This document shows, one piece after another, positions 48,670 through 57,348 of a DNA stretch of 64,000 bases. Where the stretch lies: positions 32,001 through 96,000 of IMG/VR virus record IMGVR_UViG_3300028581_000018; one strand, 5' to 3'. The notes beneath the pieces are model-generated. The model was not told the DNA's origin and did no database searches. It was given only the letters and a program-made list of their open reading frames with translations. The position numbers and the translations under genes were made by a program. The stretch comes from a virus. Each line of letters opens with the position of its first letter. The first letter of the stretch is position 1.

Positions 48670-48671
48670 GA

Positions 48672-48818
48672 TTATTTGGTTTTTGGTTTAACATTTCCGC
48701 CACGTTTGTAAGCGGGTTTCTTTTTACATACAGCTTTAAAACGCTGCAACTCTTCTACGCCGGCGCCACTTTGTACACCACCGTAAGCTTTTTTCTTTAA
48801 GGGTTTAGTCTTTTTCAT
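48672..48818 (-). CDS. Small basic protein with xxGG motifs (start MKKTKP at 48818)
   Basis: 48 aa with KKAYGG and YKRGG. ATG directly follows the TATATTA motif. The longer track start overlaps the upstream gene. Confidence 0.65.
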   Translation of the reverse strand: MKKTKPLKKKAYGGVQSGAGVEELQRFKAVCKKKPAYKRGGNVKPKTK

Positions 48819-48823
48819 AAGAT

Positions 48824-48833
48824 TAATATACAA
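48824..48833 (-). promoter_or_regulatory. Candidate phage late promoter motif (TTGTATATTA)
   Basis: Intergenic, 5 nt upstream of ATG 48818. Confidence 0.5.
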
Positions 48834-48837
48834 AAAA

Positions 48838-49104
48838 TTAACGATATCTTTTTGCTTTTTCACGAGCACTCTTAGGTTGAGGTACAAACTGTTTACCTCT
48901 CTTGTTACCCTCAGCTTTAGCTTTATTTGTAGATGCTTTCTCTCCTGTTGATAAGGCATCCCACGCTGCTTTAGGTAAGTAGCGTTTTTTACCTTTAGAT
49001 TTTATTTCTTTAGAAGACCCTCGCTTTTTATTAGCTGCGGTGCCAGAAGTCATCCACTCTTGCTTAGTCCAGTCACGAAGACTTTGTTGAGGATCTTTAG
49101 CCAT
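48838..49104 (-). CDS. Small basic phage protein (DUF5872-like, C-terminal part)
   Basis: 88 aa. QQSLRDWTKQEW...RYLPKAAWDALS...KGKQFV-like motif. Confidence 0.7.
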   Translation of the reverse strand: MAKDPQQSLRDWTKQEWMTSGTAANKKRGSSKEIKSKGKKRYLPKAAWDALSTGEKASTNKAKAEGNKRGKQFVPQPKSAREKAKRYR

Positions 49105-49112
49105 TACTTGTT

Positions 49113-49121
49113 TAATATAAG
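49113..49121 (-). promoter_or_regulatory. Candidate phage late promoter motif (CTTATATTA)
   Basis: Intergenic, upstream of ATG 49104. Confidence 0.45.
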
Positions 49122-49126
49122 TTTAA

Positions 49127-49261
49127 TCACCTATGTTCTTTATATAAACATGTATTACATCTGCTTTTTAGTAGATGCTTTTGTAATCCACCTCTACTTC
49201 TAAAATTAGAAGTTTCTTTAGATTCTTTACATATAGAACATATTTTAGTTTTTGTATCCAC
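49127..49261 (-). pseudogene. Truncated Zn-finger N-terminus of a homing endonuclease
   Basis: 44 codons: KICSICKESKETSNF...KSRCNTC then stop. Similar to the KTCKKCNVEK...WCKTC module of the 47596-48168 endonuclease but with no catalytic domain. Confidence 0.55.
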
Positions 49262-49439
49262 CACCCTTTTTTTTATATTCACGTGCAAGCAATTGACTTT
49301 TTCTAGCAGACCATTCTCCAGGATCACCTCCTTTAGAACCAGCTTTGACTCTATTAAAGATCGTCTTACGCAAACCAGGCTTGGTGTAGACACCAGCCTG
49401 GTTTACTTTAGACTTAGTTTTTGACTTAGAAGGGGTCAT
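49245..49439 (-). CDS. Small basic phage protein (DUF5872-like, N-terminal part)
   Basis: 64 aa. YTKPGLRK...GSKGGDPGEWSARKSQLLAREYKKKGGGY. Confidence 0.75.
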   Translation of the reverse strand: MTPSKSKTKSKVNQAGVYTKPGLRKTIFNRVKAGSKGGDPGEWSARKSQLLAREYKKKGGGYKN

Positions 49440-49942
49440 TACTTTTTGCGAGTAGCGCCGCCTTTTTTCATCATTGATTTCTTGGCTCCACCGTACATCA
49501 TTTTGCCTTTGCCATCAGCAGCAAATGAAGGTACCATTTTGCCATCTTTTTTTACCATAGGCATAGATCCGCCTTTTTTCATCATAGGTTTAGCTTTAGT
49601 AGCTCCACCTTTCTTTTTATAGTCTTCTGGATAACCATCTTTTGTAAAACCTGGTAAACCCTTACGACCTTGTCGGTTTAAATCTTTAAGCGCACCAGCA
49701 GCAACAGAATCAGCTTTTGCAGATCTAGTAGAATCTCCATAATTTTTTAAGTTATTTGAAGCATCTGTATAATATCTTTCTTTACCTATAAAATATTCAG
49801 TACTATCTGTACTACGAGGTTGATTTGGATTTTTGAACTTGGGTACTTCCTTACCAACTTGAGCTTTGGCTAACATTTTTTTAGGTGCACGCGATGTGCC
49901 ACCTTTTTTCATAGTGTTCATTTTGGGTTTTACAGCATTCAT
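49439..49942 (-). CDS. Basic protein with repeated MKKGG motifs (start MNAVKP at 49942)
   Basis: 167 aa with MKKGG x3, KKKGG, MMYGG and KAQVG. The track start (50017) overlaps the upstream gene. Confidence 0.7.
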   Translation of the reverse strand: MNAVKPKMNTMKKGGTSRAPKKMLAKAQVGKEVPKFKNPNQPRSTDSTEYFIGKERYYTDASNNLKNYGDSTRSAKADSVAAGALKDLNRQGRKGLPGFTKDGYPEDYKKKGGATKAKPMMKKGGSMPMVKKDGKMVPSFAADGKGKMMYGGAKKSMMKKGGATRKK

Positions 49943-49961
49943 GAGTATAAAAATTAAAGAG

Positions 49962-50966
49962 TTACATATTCCAGTTACGCTCAACCTTTTTGGTAAGATC
50001 AAGCAAAATATCCTCATGCAACGGATTCTTTAAAAACTCAACAATGTCAGAAACATTTCTTCCTAGCAAAGCATTTAACTCAGTGTGGTAAATATAACCA
50101 TCACCTTTGGTAATAATAAACTTGTAGAAAGTAGCGTCTTTAACAATAGAGCGAATCTTTAAAGTTTCCATGTCTAACTTTGCAGCATCCAAAAACTGAT
50201 TAGCAGCCCGAGTTTTGTTTGTTTCAACACCTTCACCATTAATGAACCTATCCATTGCGTCATAAATAACATCATTGGGTGTGTTCTTTTTATAAATCTG
50301 GCTTGCGGCGTCAACTACTTTAGCAACATAGAACAACTTATTGCTATTCTTATCATACAGCTTTTGCATTTCTGAAAGAGCTTTGTTGCGTAGTTTTTTA
50401 CCCTCGGTTTTAGTAATAATAGTTTCTTCAGCCTTATCAAGATAAAACTTAGGTGGCACCGCGCGAGAACGAGCATCATCTAAGCTTTTAGCCACAATAG
50501 AAAATCCACCAGCATTAATTGCGTGTAATTTAATCCTATCAAATGGATCAACAGGATCCAAGAATAATGGATCATTACCACAACGAATAGCAATTTTGTT
50601 CCAGAAAGATTTGTTGTTAGGTTGAAGTAATTCAACCTTATTCCAAAATTCTTTGTCCTCTGGATCAAGAATGTTAGCTGCTAATTCTCGCTCAAGTTCA
50701 ACTACAGCTGAACGGATTTCTCGAATGCGTGCTTCACGAACCTCTGGGTCAAGTTTTTTAATTTCAGGAGCAAACTCATTTAAACCGGTAAGGTAACGAG
50801 TTATTCCATTCATTTCAATACAAGCTAATTGCTCTTCGTGGTAGACACCATCATAAAGAGTTAAGCCATATTTTTCAAGACCTAAATTAGATACGTTTCC
50901 ATCAAAGTAAGGTTTCACAGAAACTGCCGTGAGTTTGGTAGGATTTAAAGTTTCGACAAGTGTCAT
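49962..50966 (-). CDS. Conserved crAss-like structural-module protein downstream of MCP ('gene 75'-like)
   Basis: 334 aa. RYLTGL...EFWNK...PLFLDP.DP.D...KFYL...LLGRNVSDIVEFLKNP. Syntenic position. Confidence 0.6.
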   Translation of the reverse strand: MTLVETLNPTKLTAVSVKPYFDGNVSNLGLEKYGLTLYDGVYHEEQLACIEMNGITRYLTGLNEFAPEIKKLDPEVREARIREIRSAVVELERELAANILDPEDKEFWNKVELLQPNNKSFWNKIAIRCGNDPLFLDPVDPFDRIKLHAINAGGFSIVAKSLDDARSRAVPPKFYLDKAEETIITKTEGKKLRNKALSEMQKLYDKNSNKLFYVAKVVDAASQIYKKNTPNDVIYDAMDRFINGEGVETNKTRAANQFLDAAKLDMETLKIRSIVKDATFYKFIITKGDGYIYHTELNALLGRNVSDIVEFLKNPLHEDILLDLTKKVERNWNM

Positions 50967-50988
50967 GAGTTGTTGGTTTTAAAAGGGG

Positions 50989-51483
50989 TTAATTAATTAC
51001 TAAGAAATGAATAGTTGCCGCTGCGTTTAATACTGCAGATGAAACGTTTTTAATGTCAACACTAAAAGAACCATTTGCTACAGTACTAATTGATGCTAAA
51101 GGATATCCTGTAGAAGCACTAGGATAAGATACAGTAACCAAAATAACACTTGTAGTTTTTACAAAACTGTTATTTACAGTAAACTGAAATTCACCATTTG
51201 CTGCTGTAGTTAAAGCTACAGTAGTAATTCTACCAGACGCTGAATTAATAGTTACTGGCGTTACATTAGATGTTATTTGAGTTACTGTTGTATTGTCTCC
51301 CAAAAACTCAGAATATAGGTCAGTAACCAATTCTGTTTTAAAGTTTGAAAATTCAATAGCCCAAGTTTTGTAACCGTCATCACGAGTAGAATCAGGATTA
51401 CCAAATAACAATAACGCGTTATCTGGTACAGTAGTCGAAATAATTTCGTTAGCTACTAAATATGAAAAATTAACTATGTCCAT
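50989..51483 (-). CDS. Putative head decoration/fibre protein
   Basis: 164 aa. TVTQITSNVTPVTINSASGRITT...FTVNNS...SVILVT beta-rich domain. Immediately after MCP. Confidence 0.55.
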   Translation of the reverse strand: MDIVNFSYLVANEIISTTVPDNALLLFGNPDSTRDDGYKTWAIEFSNFKTELVTDLYSEFLGDNTTVTQITSNVTPVTINSASGRITTVALTTAANGEFQFTVNNSFVKTTSVILVTVSYPSASTGYPLASISTVANGSFSVDIKNVSSAVLNAAATIHFLVIN

Positions 51484-51503
51484 GGATTTTATTTTTTATA
51501 AGT

Positions 51504-51536
51504 AAAAAATGGGGAGGATTTGATCCCTCCCCATTT
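51504..51536 (-). terminator. Rho-independent terminator after MCP
   Basis: AAATGGGGAGG (51507-51517) / CCTCCCCATTT (51526-51536) stem with a minus-strand T6 tail. Confidence 0.85.
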
Positions 51537-51552
51537 CTACTCAGATTTATAA

Positions 51553-53169
51553 TTAGAATGAACCTCCAGTGATTGGGTTGCGCATAACAATCTTCAATAC
51601 CTTGGTAGGATCTTTTACCCAGATTGCAGGCATAGTCTGTGTCATATACACACGGTAACCGTTGAATTGACCAGAGCTTGCAAATCCTTGAGAGCGACCC
51701 ATGTAGTCCATGGTACCATTTTGGTAGAACCACTTCAACTGATTATCCCAAGATAACTTCAATAGGAAGATGTTATCATTGGTGTTATCAGTGATATCAA
51801 AGATGATAAAGTTATAAGAAGACAAAGGATAACCATCAATGATTGGGTTTTCAATGTCATTCGTAAACACGTTATCAAATGCAGGATTCAATACAAATTT
51901 TACGTTAGCCAAGAATGGAATCACGTAGCTGGTATATGCAAAACCAAAGTTCAAGTCCATACCTTTACCAGTGATTGCACCGATATCAGCAGCTTGAATC
52001 AACAAACCAGAGCTAATAGCTTCTTGTTTGATGGCTTCATTAACCATACGCATACCACCCATACCAGTTTGTACAACTAGTGAACGCATTGGATCTGGGC
52101 CTTTGAACTCAACTTTACCATTGAAGAAGTTGAAGATCTCAGAGCGGAACAAGTCAAGGTTAAAGTTGTTCTTGTTGTAAACACGCTTGAATGAATTATC
52201 AAGCTGTTTCCATAGACCAACTGATAAACGCAAATCATCTGGGCCATCTTGCTTAACACGTCCACCATGTCCCCACATTAAGTAGGTCTCGATGTCAGTA
52301 GCAATTTTGGTTAGGTGAGCTGCTTCCATAGTAGTTAGGAAAGTGCGAGACAAATCACCATTATCCATTGAACGCTTAACTGCATCTTTACCCATGGTCT
52401 TAACCATATCTTCCAAAGAAGTGATTGAAGGATCCATGCGCTTGTCGAAGTTACGCCAGATTTCAGTTACAGGTACAGTACCGTCAGCATTCATACCACC
52501 TTTGATCATAAGATCAGCGCGAGAAGAAACACTATAATGAACGTGAGCTTCAGCACCACCTACGTAGTTGTAAAACTCACGATATCCAGCACCGGTTTGA
52601 ATATCAGAGAAACGCTCTCCATATTCACCACGAGCAGAACCTTTACGGAATACGCGTGTACCATTTGCAAGATATTTATTATCCATGAAACGGTAGTTGT
52701 CATTGTTCACCAACTGCACAGTATAGATGAATCCATCACCAATAGGTAAAATATCATCAGCAGTGATGTACAATTCAGCGCCGTTGTATTTGTCATAAGT
52801 GATGATATCACCATGACCAAACTCGCGCTTGTTCAATTTGATTTTGAAGGATTGACCATCAATACCTTTAGTAAGGTTATTAGATTCAATGTCTTCAACA
52901 ATATAGGGAAGCTCTAAGCTTACCGGGGTTTGCCATTTGTACTCACCGCGAGCGTTATCAACACTGATAACATTCTTACCACCAAAGGATGACATTTGAT
53001 AAAGAGGCATTTCTACTTTCTGAGCCATTGCCCAAAGGTCAACGGGGCCCATATCCATAGGTTCTGCATCTTTCAACATGTTTACCAAGTGGTAAGAATC
53101 CACGTGAGAACTGGCAGCATATTTGGTATCTCGAAGGAATATACCATTATTTAAAACTGGAGTTGCCAT
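51553..53169 (-). CDS. Major capsid protein (crAss-like HK97 fold)
   Basis: 538 aa, following portal and the acidic protein. IETYLMWG...GLWKQL...VQTGMGG...FVLNPAFD...IWVKDP motifs. Strong terminator downstream. Confidence 0.9.
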   Translation of the reverse strand: MATPVLNNGIFLRDTKYAASSHVDSYHLVNMLKDAEPMDMGPVDLWAMAQKVEMPLYQMSSFGGKNVISVDNARGEYKWQTPVSLELPYIVEDIESNNLTKGIDGQSFKIKLNKREFGHGDIITYDKYNGAELYITADDILPIGDGFIYTVQLVNNDNYRFMDNKYLANGTRVFRKGSARGEYGERFSDIQTGAGYREFYNYVGGAEAHVHYSVSSRADLMIKGGMNADGTVPVTEIWRNFDKRMDPSITSLEDMVKTMGKDAVKRSMDNGDLSRTFLTTMEAAHLTKIATDIETYLMWGHGGRVKQDGPDDLRLSVGLWKQLDNSFKRVYNKNNFNLDLFRSEIFNFFNGKVEFKGPDPMRSLVVQTGMGGMRMVNEAIKQEAISSGLLIQAADIGAITGKGMDLNFGFAYTSYVIPFLANVKFVLNPAFDNVFTNDIENPIIDGYPLSSYNFIIFDITDNTNDNIFLLKLSWDNQLKWFYQNGTMDYMGRSQGFASSGQFNGYRVYMTQTMPAIWVKDPTKVLKIVMRNPITGGSF

Positions 53170-53206
53170 TGTTTTGATGTTTGATTAAGGGTTAAAAAAT
53201 TAAAAG

Positions 53207-54466
53207 TTAAAATCTTTGAAACATATTTTTGTTTGAACGTTGAATAGTTCTTTTAGGTTTATTTGTTACTGTGTCTTCATCCCGGTCTACTACTGCTGAA
53301 CTTCTTCTGCGAGCTTCTTCTGTTTTTAGAGAACGCACTGTTTGCTCAGTAGCTACACGAGTACCTTGAGATTTGACTTTGTTTTTAAATCCATCAGGAT
53401 CTGCAAGCAGCCATAAAGCTTCAGCAATCAATTCGTGATTAGGTTCAACCCATTGATACTTCTCTAGTAAGTGCCCTAACAAGTTTGTAGGTTTTCCACT
53501 TATTGAAGGATACCCAGGTTGTACTAATCCTGTATAAAGCATATTTTGTGTTTTACGATCAAGTTTTACTCCACTGAGTTCACCTTTTTCTAGAACACCA
53601 TATACACTATCTACAAATTGTCCTGCAATAGCTTGTTGTTTTTGTTTTTGCTGCTCTTGCTCTGCAATTTTTTTAGCTACTTCTTTTTCACGAACTGCTT
53701 CAAGTTTTGGCTTAAACTGGTTAGCCTTTTGCTCTAAGCGATCCATGTCTTTAAACGTGGCTATTTCCTCTTCAATTTCATCTTGTGTCATATCTCCTTT
53801 AAGAGACAGATACTGACGAACAATTAGTTCTTGATCTGAAGAGTCTGATGGGTCTAGCTCCATTACTTCATTAACCTGAGCTAGTTGTTGCATCATACCT
53901 TTCACATCTGTACCACCTTTAGAAATGTAATCCATAAGATATTGCATTTCACCAGGCATAGATTGAAAAATCTGCTGAGGAATATCTTGAGATAACTGCT
54001 GCTCTTTTTCTTTCATGTTTGCTTCAAACAACTCACGAAAGTCTTTAGCAGTGTACTCATCTAAAGATTTATCATCATCAAAAGGAAAAAGAACACCTTC
54101 TTCAATCATTTTTGAAGCTAGTTCAACAAGACCACTCTTATCAACTTTTTTGCGACCCCGAGCACTTGGATCTTCTTGCTGGTTGATTAAAGTTTCAAAC
54201 TCTTCTAAAGCTTCTTGATTTTTTTCAGAATCTTCTTGCGTTTCTGCAGCAGGTGTATCAGCTTTTGCAGCAGGGGCTGCAGGTTTTAATTTGTCAAGGA
54301 ACGAAGTATCTACATTTGTAGACGAAAACATATTAGGTTTTTTTTCATCATCATCCTCAGCACCAGGAACCATAATGTTCTCTGCACCAGGAAGAGCGAA
54401 TAGCTCATCAATATTAACGTCAGCTTGTGAAACCTGTGTCACTTCTTCATTTGTATTATTTGCCAT
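53207..54466 (-). CDS. Acidic protein between portal and MCP, probable scaffolding protein
   Basis: 419 aa. D/E-rich N-terminus, coiled coils and basic C-terminus. Syntenic position. Confidence 0.65.
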   Translation of the reverse strand: MANNTNEEVTQVSQADVNIDELFALPGAENIMVPGAEDDDEKKPNMFSSTNVDTSFLDKLKPAAPAAKADTPAAETQEDSEKNQEALEEFETLINQQEDPSARGRKKVDKSGLVELASKMIEEGVLFPFDDDKSLDEYTAKDFRELFEANMKEKEQQLSQDIPQQIFQSMPGEMQYLMDYISKGGTDVKGMMQQLAQVNEVMELDPSDSSDQELIVRQYLSLKGDMTQDEIEEEIATFKDMDRLEQKANQFKPKLEAVREKEVAKKIAEQEQQKQKQQAIAGQFVDSVYGVLEKGELSGVKLDRKTQNMLYTGLVQPGYPSISGKPTNLLGHLLEKYQWVEPNHELIAEALWLLADPDGFKNKVKSQGTRVATEQTVRSLKTEEARRRSSAVVDRDEDTVTNKPKRTIQRSNKNMFQRF

Positions 54467-54486
54467 TAGTTGTTGGTTTATGGTAT

Positions 54487-54503
54487 TAATATATGCAAAT
54501 TTA
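54487..54503 (-). promoter_or_regulatory. Promoter region of the scaffold-MCP operon: TAAATTTG (host -7 consensus) followed by the TATATTA motif
   Basis: Minus strand ...TAAATTTGCATATATTAAT... in the 106-nt intergenic region. Confidence 0.55.
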
Positions 54504-54572
54504 TTATATAAACTTTAAAAAGTTACATTGATAAAAAATCAAGAATAAAATAAAGTTGATTATATAGCAACT

Positions 54573-57347
54573 CTATTTTTTCTTTTTATCAGATGCCTTT
54601 GTCTTTTCTTTTTCTGTAGCTTTTGCATCGTATTGATTTTTGTTTTCTCTAGCTATTTGAAGCTGAGTATTGTTCTTTTCACGTTCAACTTGTAAACGCT
54701 CCCGTTCAATATTTAACTTTTCACCTTCTGTAATTTTACGATTAGTTTCTTTTTCGCGTTGCAAAGCTGTTTGCTGTTCATACTGTTCAGATTCACGAAT
54801 GTCACGCATAGCATCTTTATAGTCAGATTGCTGGTTTTTATCAATATCAACCATTGACCCATAACCAGCAGCTTTAATTTCAGCAACAAGAATATCGCGT
54901 TGACGATCTTTTTGTTTTTCAGCAGCATCAAATTCAAGCTTTCTTTTCTGTTCTTCCAATCTAGTTTGTTGTTCTTGCTGTGCAAGTTGTTGTTCATGCT
55001 GTTGTTGTTCAGCACGTTGAGCATTAGTTTTCTCTTCAATTTTCTTAAGAGCACCTGAAACATCTGCCATAGACTCAGCTTCAATAATTTGTCCAAGATC
55101 ATAGATGCTGGCACCAGCTGTATTGTTTTGAACAGCTAACTGTTTTATTTGATCTAGGATAGCCCTATGATTAGCTTTTGTGGTGCAGTAAACACCAATG
55201 TCTCTTAACAACAAATCAGTACCATTCATCTGGAAGTTTACAATCTCATCTTTAGTACTAATGTATTGTAAACGAGAAGACGGTTTAGTTGAATAATAAT
55301 ACTGTGCAATGTCAGTGCGCATTTGATGTACTCTAGGCATTAGATAATCACAATGCTGTATAAAGTACTGTTCTGTTTGTGCATAAGAGCCAACCACCGC
55401 TTGCTCTACAGCAGTAGCAGTTTGTTGACCAATCTGTTGACCTAAACGTTGTGGGCTTATACCAATAACCTCAAATGCCTGCATTTTAAAGTAATTGGCC
55501 AACTGAATCCTAGACATCAACCTTTCTGTTTGAGAAAGATCTAGTTTCTGGAAGTGGTTAAAGTTTAGCGAGTTTTCAGTATTTGTAATACTTGTATCTA
55601 AAGGTAGCATTTGAAAATTCTTCATTGCTACATATGCTTTAGCAAGATTGTTTCTACCCCAGTCTTCACCAGCTGAATGGCGTGGTAAAGTATTTTGGTC
55701 TAATAATATTACCGTACCAAGTTCATCAACTAAAATATCTGCAATCTGGTTGTTTACAATGTTATAACCAATTTGAAAAGGTTTCATTAAGTCAACCATA
55801 GATGTAGATCGCGTATTGCGATCTGAAAATACAGATCCTTCAACAGGTAGTTTGCAACCATATAAGGTAGTATCACCTTTCATTTGGTAACGCAATCTTC
55901 CAGGACGATTCTTTTGTACACCTAGATAAATTGGGTTAATACCACCAGGATTATTCATGCCCCAAAAAGATGGGTGATTAGGGCCAATCTTTACACCACC
56001 CCAAGTGTCGTTAATCCAAATCCAATCTATGTGCTCACCAAAAATTAAATTATCTTTTGCTTTATTCTTAAAAAGTGTAGTATCATAAACAGGTTTATCA
56101 GTTACTGTATAATCTTCTCCAATAATAGCTGTTTCTACATTACCTAGTTCATCTAGTTTAGTCAAGTGTCCAACTCGGCGCTGAGATTTCCAATACACCG
56201 TGGTAACACGCAGTAAATGCGCTACTCCAACATCAAAATAATCTTCACCTTCAGAAAGAATCCAGTTTACAATATCTCCACCATTATTACCTGAGTTATT
56301 ATAAACAGATGTAAATTGCCGGTATGCTAAACTTGGCATGTTAGTATTCCACTCATGCGATTTAGTAGCATCGTAGTATGTACCGTCATTTTGATAACCT
56401 TGAATAGCATAACCTGCAGAGCGCACAGGGTAAATAGCTTCTAATGATTTAACTTCATCTTCTGTCATTAAGTAACCATACTTATCAATCACATCAGATA
56501 CTGACATCATATCTGTTTTGCCAACCCAGTTTCCCTGGGAGATATATCTTACATCTGGTGATTTATGATAAAAAGTTAGTACAGGATTCCAAAGCTCAAC
56601 CTCGTAATCATCTTCCATCATGTGAAAATGCCAAAACTCTCTATCTGTAATTAGCATGTCACGAAAAGCACGTTCTTCTAATTCTTCAATCTTGAAGCGT
56701 TCCATGTCATGTTGCATAAGATGCGTAGCCCACTGTTCACCTTGTGACTTATAATTTGTTCTAAAGTAGTCTTCAATCTCAGGTAAAGTTTTTAATTTTT
56801 CTGGGTTAAGCTCTTGCTGGCCTTCTTCTGATTCTGGATCCATACCCATCTCCATCATCTTATTCATAATTTTCATCTGAGCATCTGACATTAGATAGTC
56901 TTCTACCATAGACTTCTTTTGTTCAAGAAGTTCATTGTAAGAATACTCATCAACAGCTTTAAACGTAATCTTAGTGTTTCTCTTTGCAAATTCTGAAACT
57001 AAAACGTTAATTACATTGGGTATAATAGGATAAAACTTTAGCTCTAGTGCACTATGATCTTCTTGAGTTAGTGTTTCAATTAAATCAGACATCTCATTAT
57101 TTTCTTCAACAATGTAGTCTGTCTTATCTATAATACCTTTTGCAAGTTTGTAGTTCTTCATAAGGCGCCGCGCGTTACGGCGCAGTTGCTTTAATCCATT
57201 CCACTCTAACCAGTCAACATTCCAAGCCGCCCACTCATCTGATTTATCTTTATCAGGAATAAACTGCAATGGCTGAGTTACGCTACCTAGCCTATTGTAA
57301 TCAGCTTTTGCTCCATTCTTAATCTGTAATGCGTTATATATTTGCAT
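54573..57347 (-). CDS. Portal protein
   Basis: 924 aa, after TerL. YPIIPNVINVLVSE...SMVDLMKPFQ...GISPQRLGQ and long C-terminal coiled coil typical of crAss portals. Confidence 0.92.
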   Translation of the reverse strand: MQIYNALQIKNGAKADYNRLGSVTQPLQFIPDKDKSDEWAAWNVDWLEWNGLKQLRRNARRLMKNYKLAKGIIDKTDYIVEENNEMSDLIETLTQEDHSALELKFYPIIPNVINVLVSEFAKRNTKITFKAVDEYSYNELLEQKKSMVEDYLMSDAQMKIMNKMMEMGMDPESEEGQQELNPEKLKTLPEIEDYFRTNYKSQGEQWATHLMQHDMERFKIEELEERAFRDMLITDREFWHFHMMEDDYEVELWNPVLTFYHKSPDVRYISQGNWVGKTDMMSVSDVIDKYGYLMTEDEVKSLEAIYPVRSAGYAIQGYQNDGTYYDATKSHEWNTNMPSLAYRQFTSVYNNSGNNGGDIVNWILSEGEDYFDVGVAHLLRVTTVYWKSQRRVGHLTKLDELGNVETAIIGEDYTVTDKPVYDTTLFKNKAKDNLIFGEHIDWIWINDTWGGVKIGPNHPSFWGMNNPGGINPIYLGVQKNRPGRLRYQMKGDTTLYGCKLPVEGSVFSDRNTRSTSMVDLMKPFQIGYNIVNNQIADILVDELGTVILLDQNTLPRHSAGEDWGRNNLAKAYVAMKNFQMLPLDTSITNTENSLNFNHFQKLDLSQTERLMSRIQLANYFKMQAFEVIGISPQRLGQQIGQQTATAVEQAVVGSYAQTEQYFIQHCDYLMPRVHQMRTDIAQYYYSTKPSSRLQYISTKDEIVNFQMNGTDLLLRDIGVYCTTKANHRAILDQIKQLAVQNNTAGASIYDLGQIIEAESMADVSGALKKIEEKTNAQRAEQQQHEQQLAQQEQQTRLEEQKRKLEFDAAEKQKDRQRDILVAEIKAAGYGSMVDIDKNQQSDYKDAMRDIRESEQYEQQTALQREKETNRKITEGEKLNIERERLQVEREKNNTQLQIARENKNQYDAKATEKEKTKASDKKKK

Positions 57348-57348
57348 C

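Noticed and set aside
2146-54518. All plus-strand ORFs in the track and short nested minus-strand ORFs (e.g. 13865-14317, 9652-10026, 54713-55114)
   Set aside because: They are shadows of long minus-strand genes, with Ser/Leu/Phe-rich antisense composition and no motifs or independent start context.
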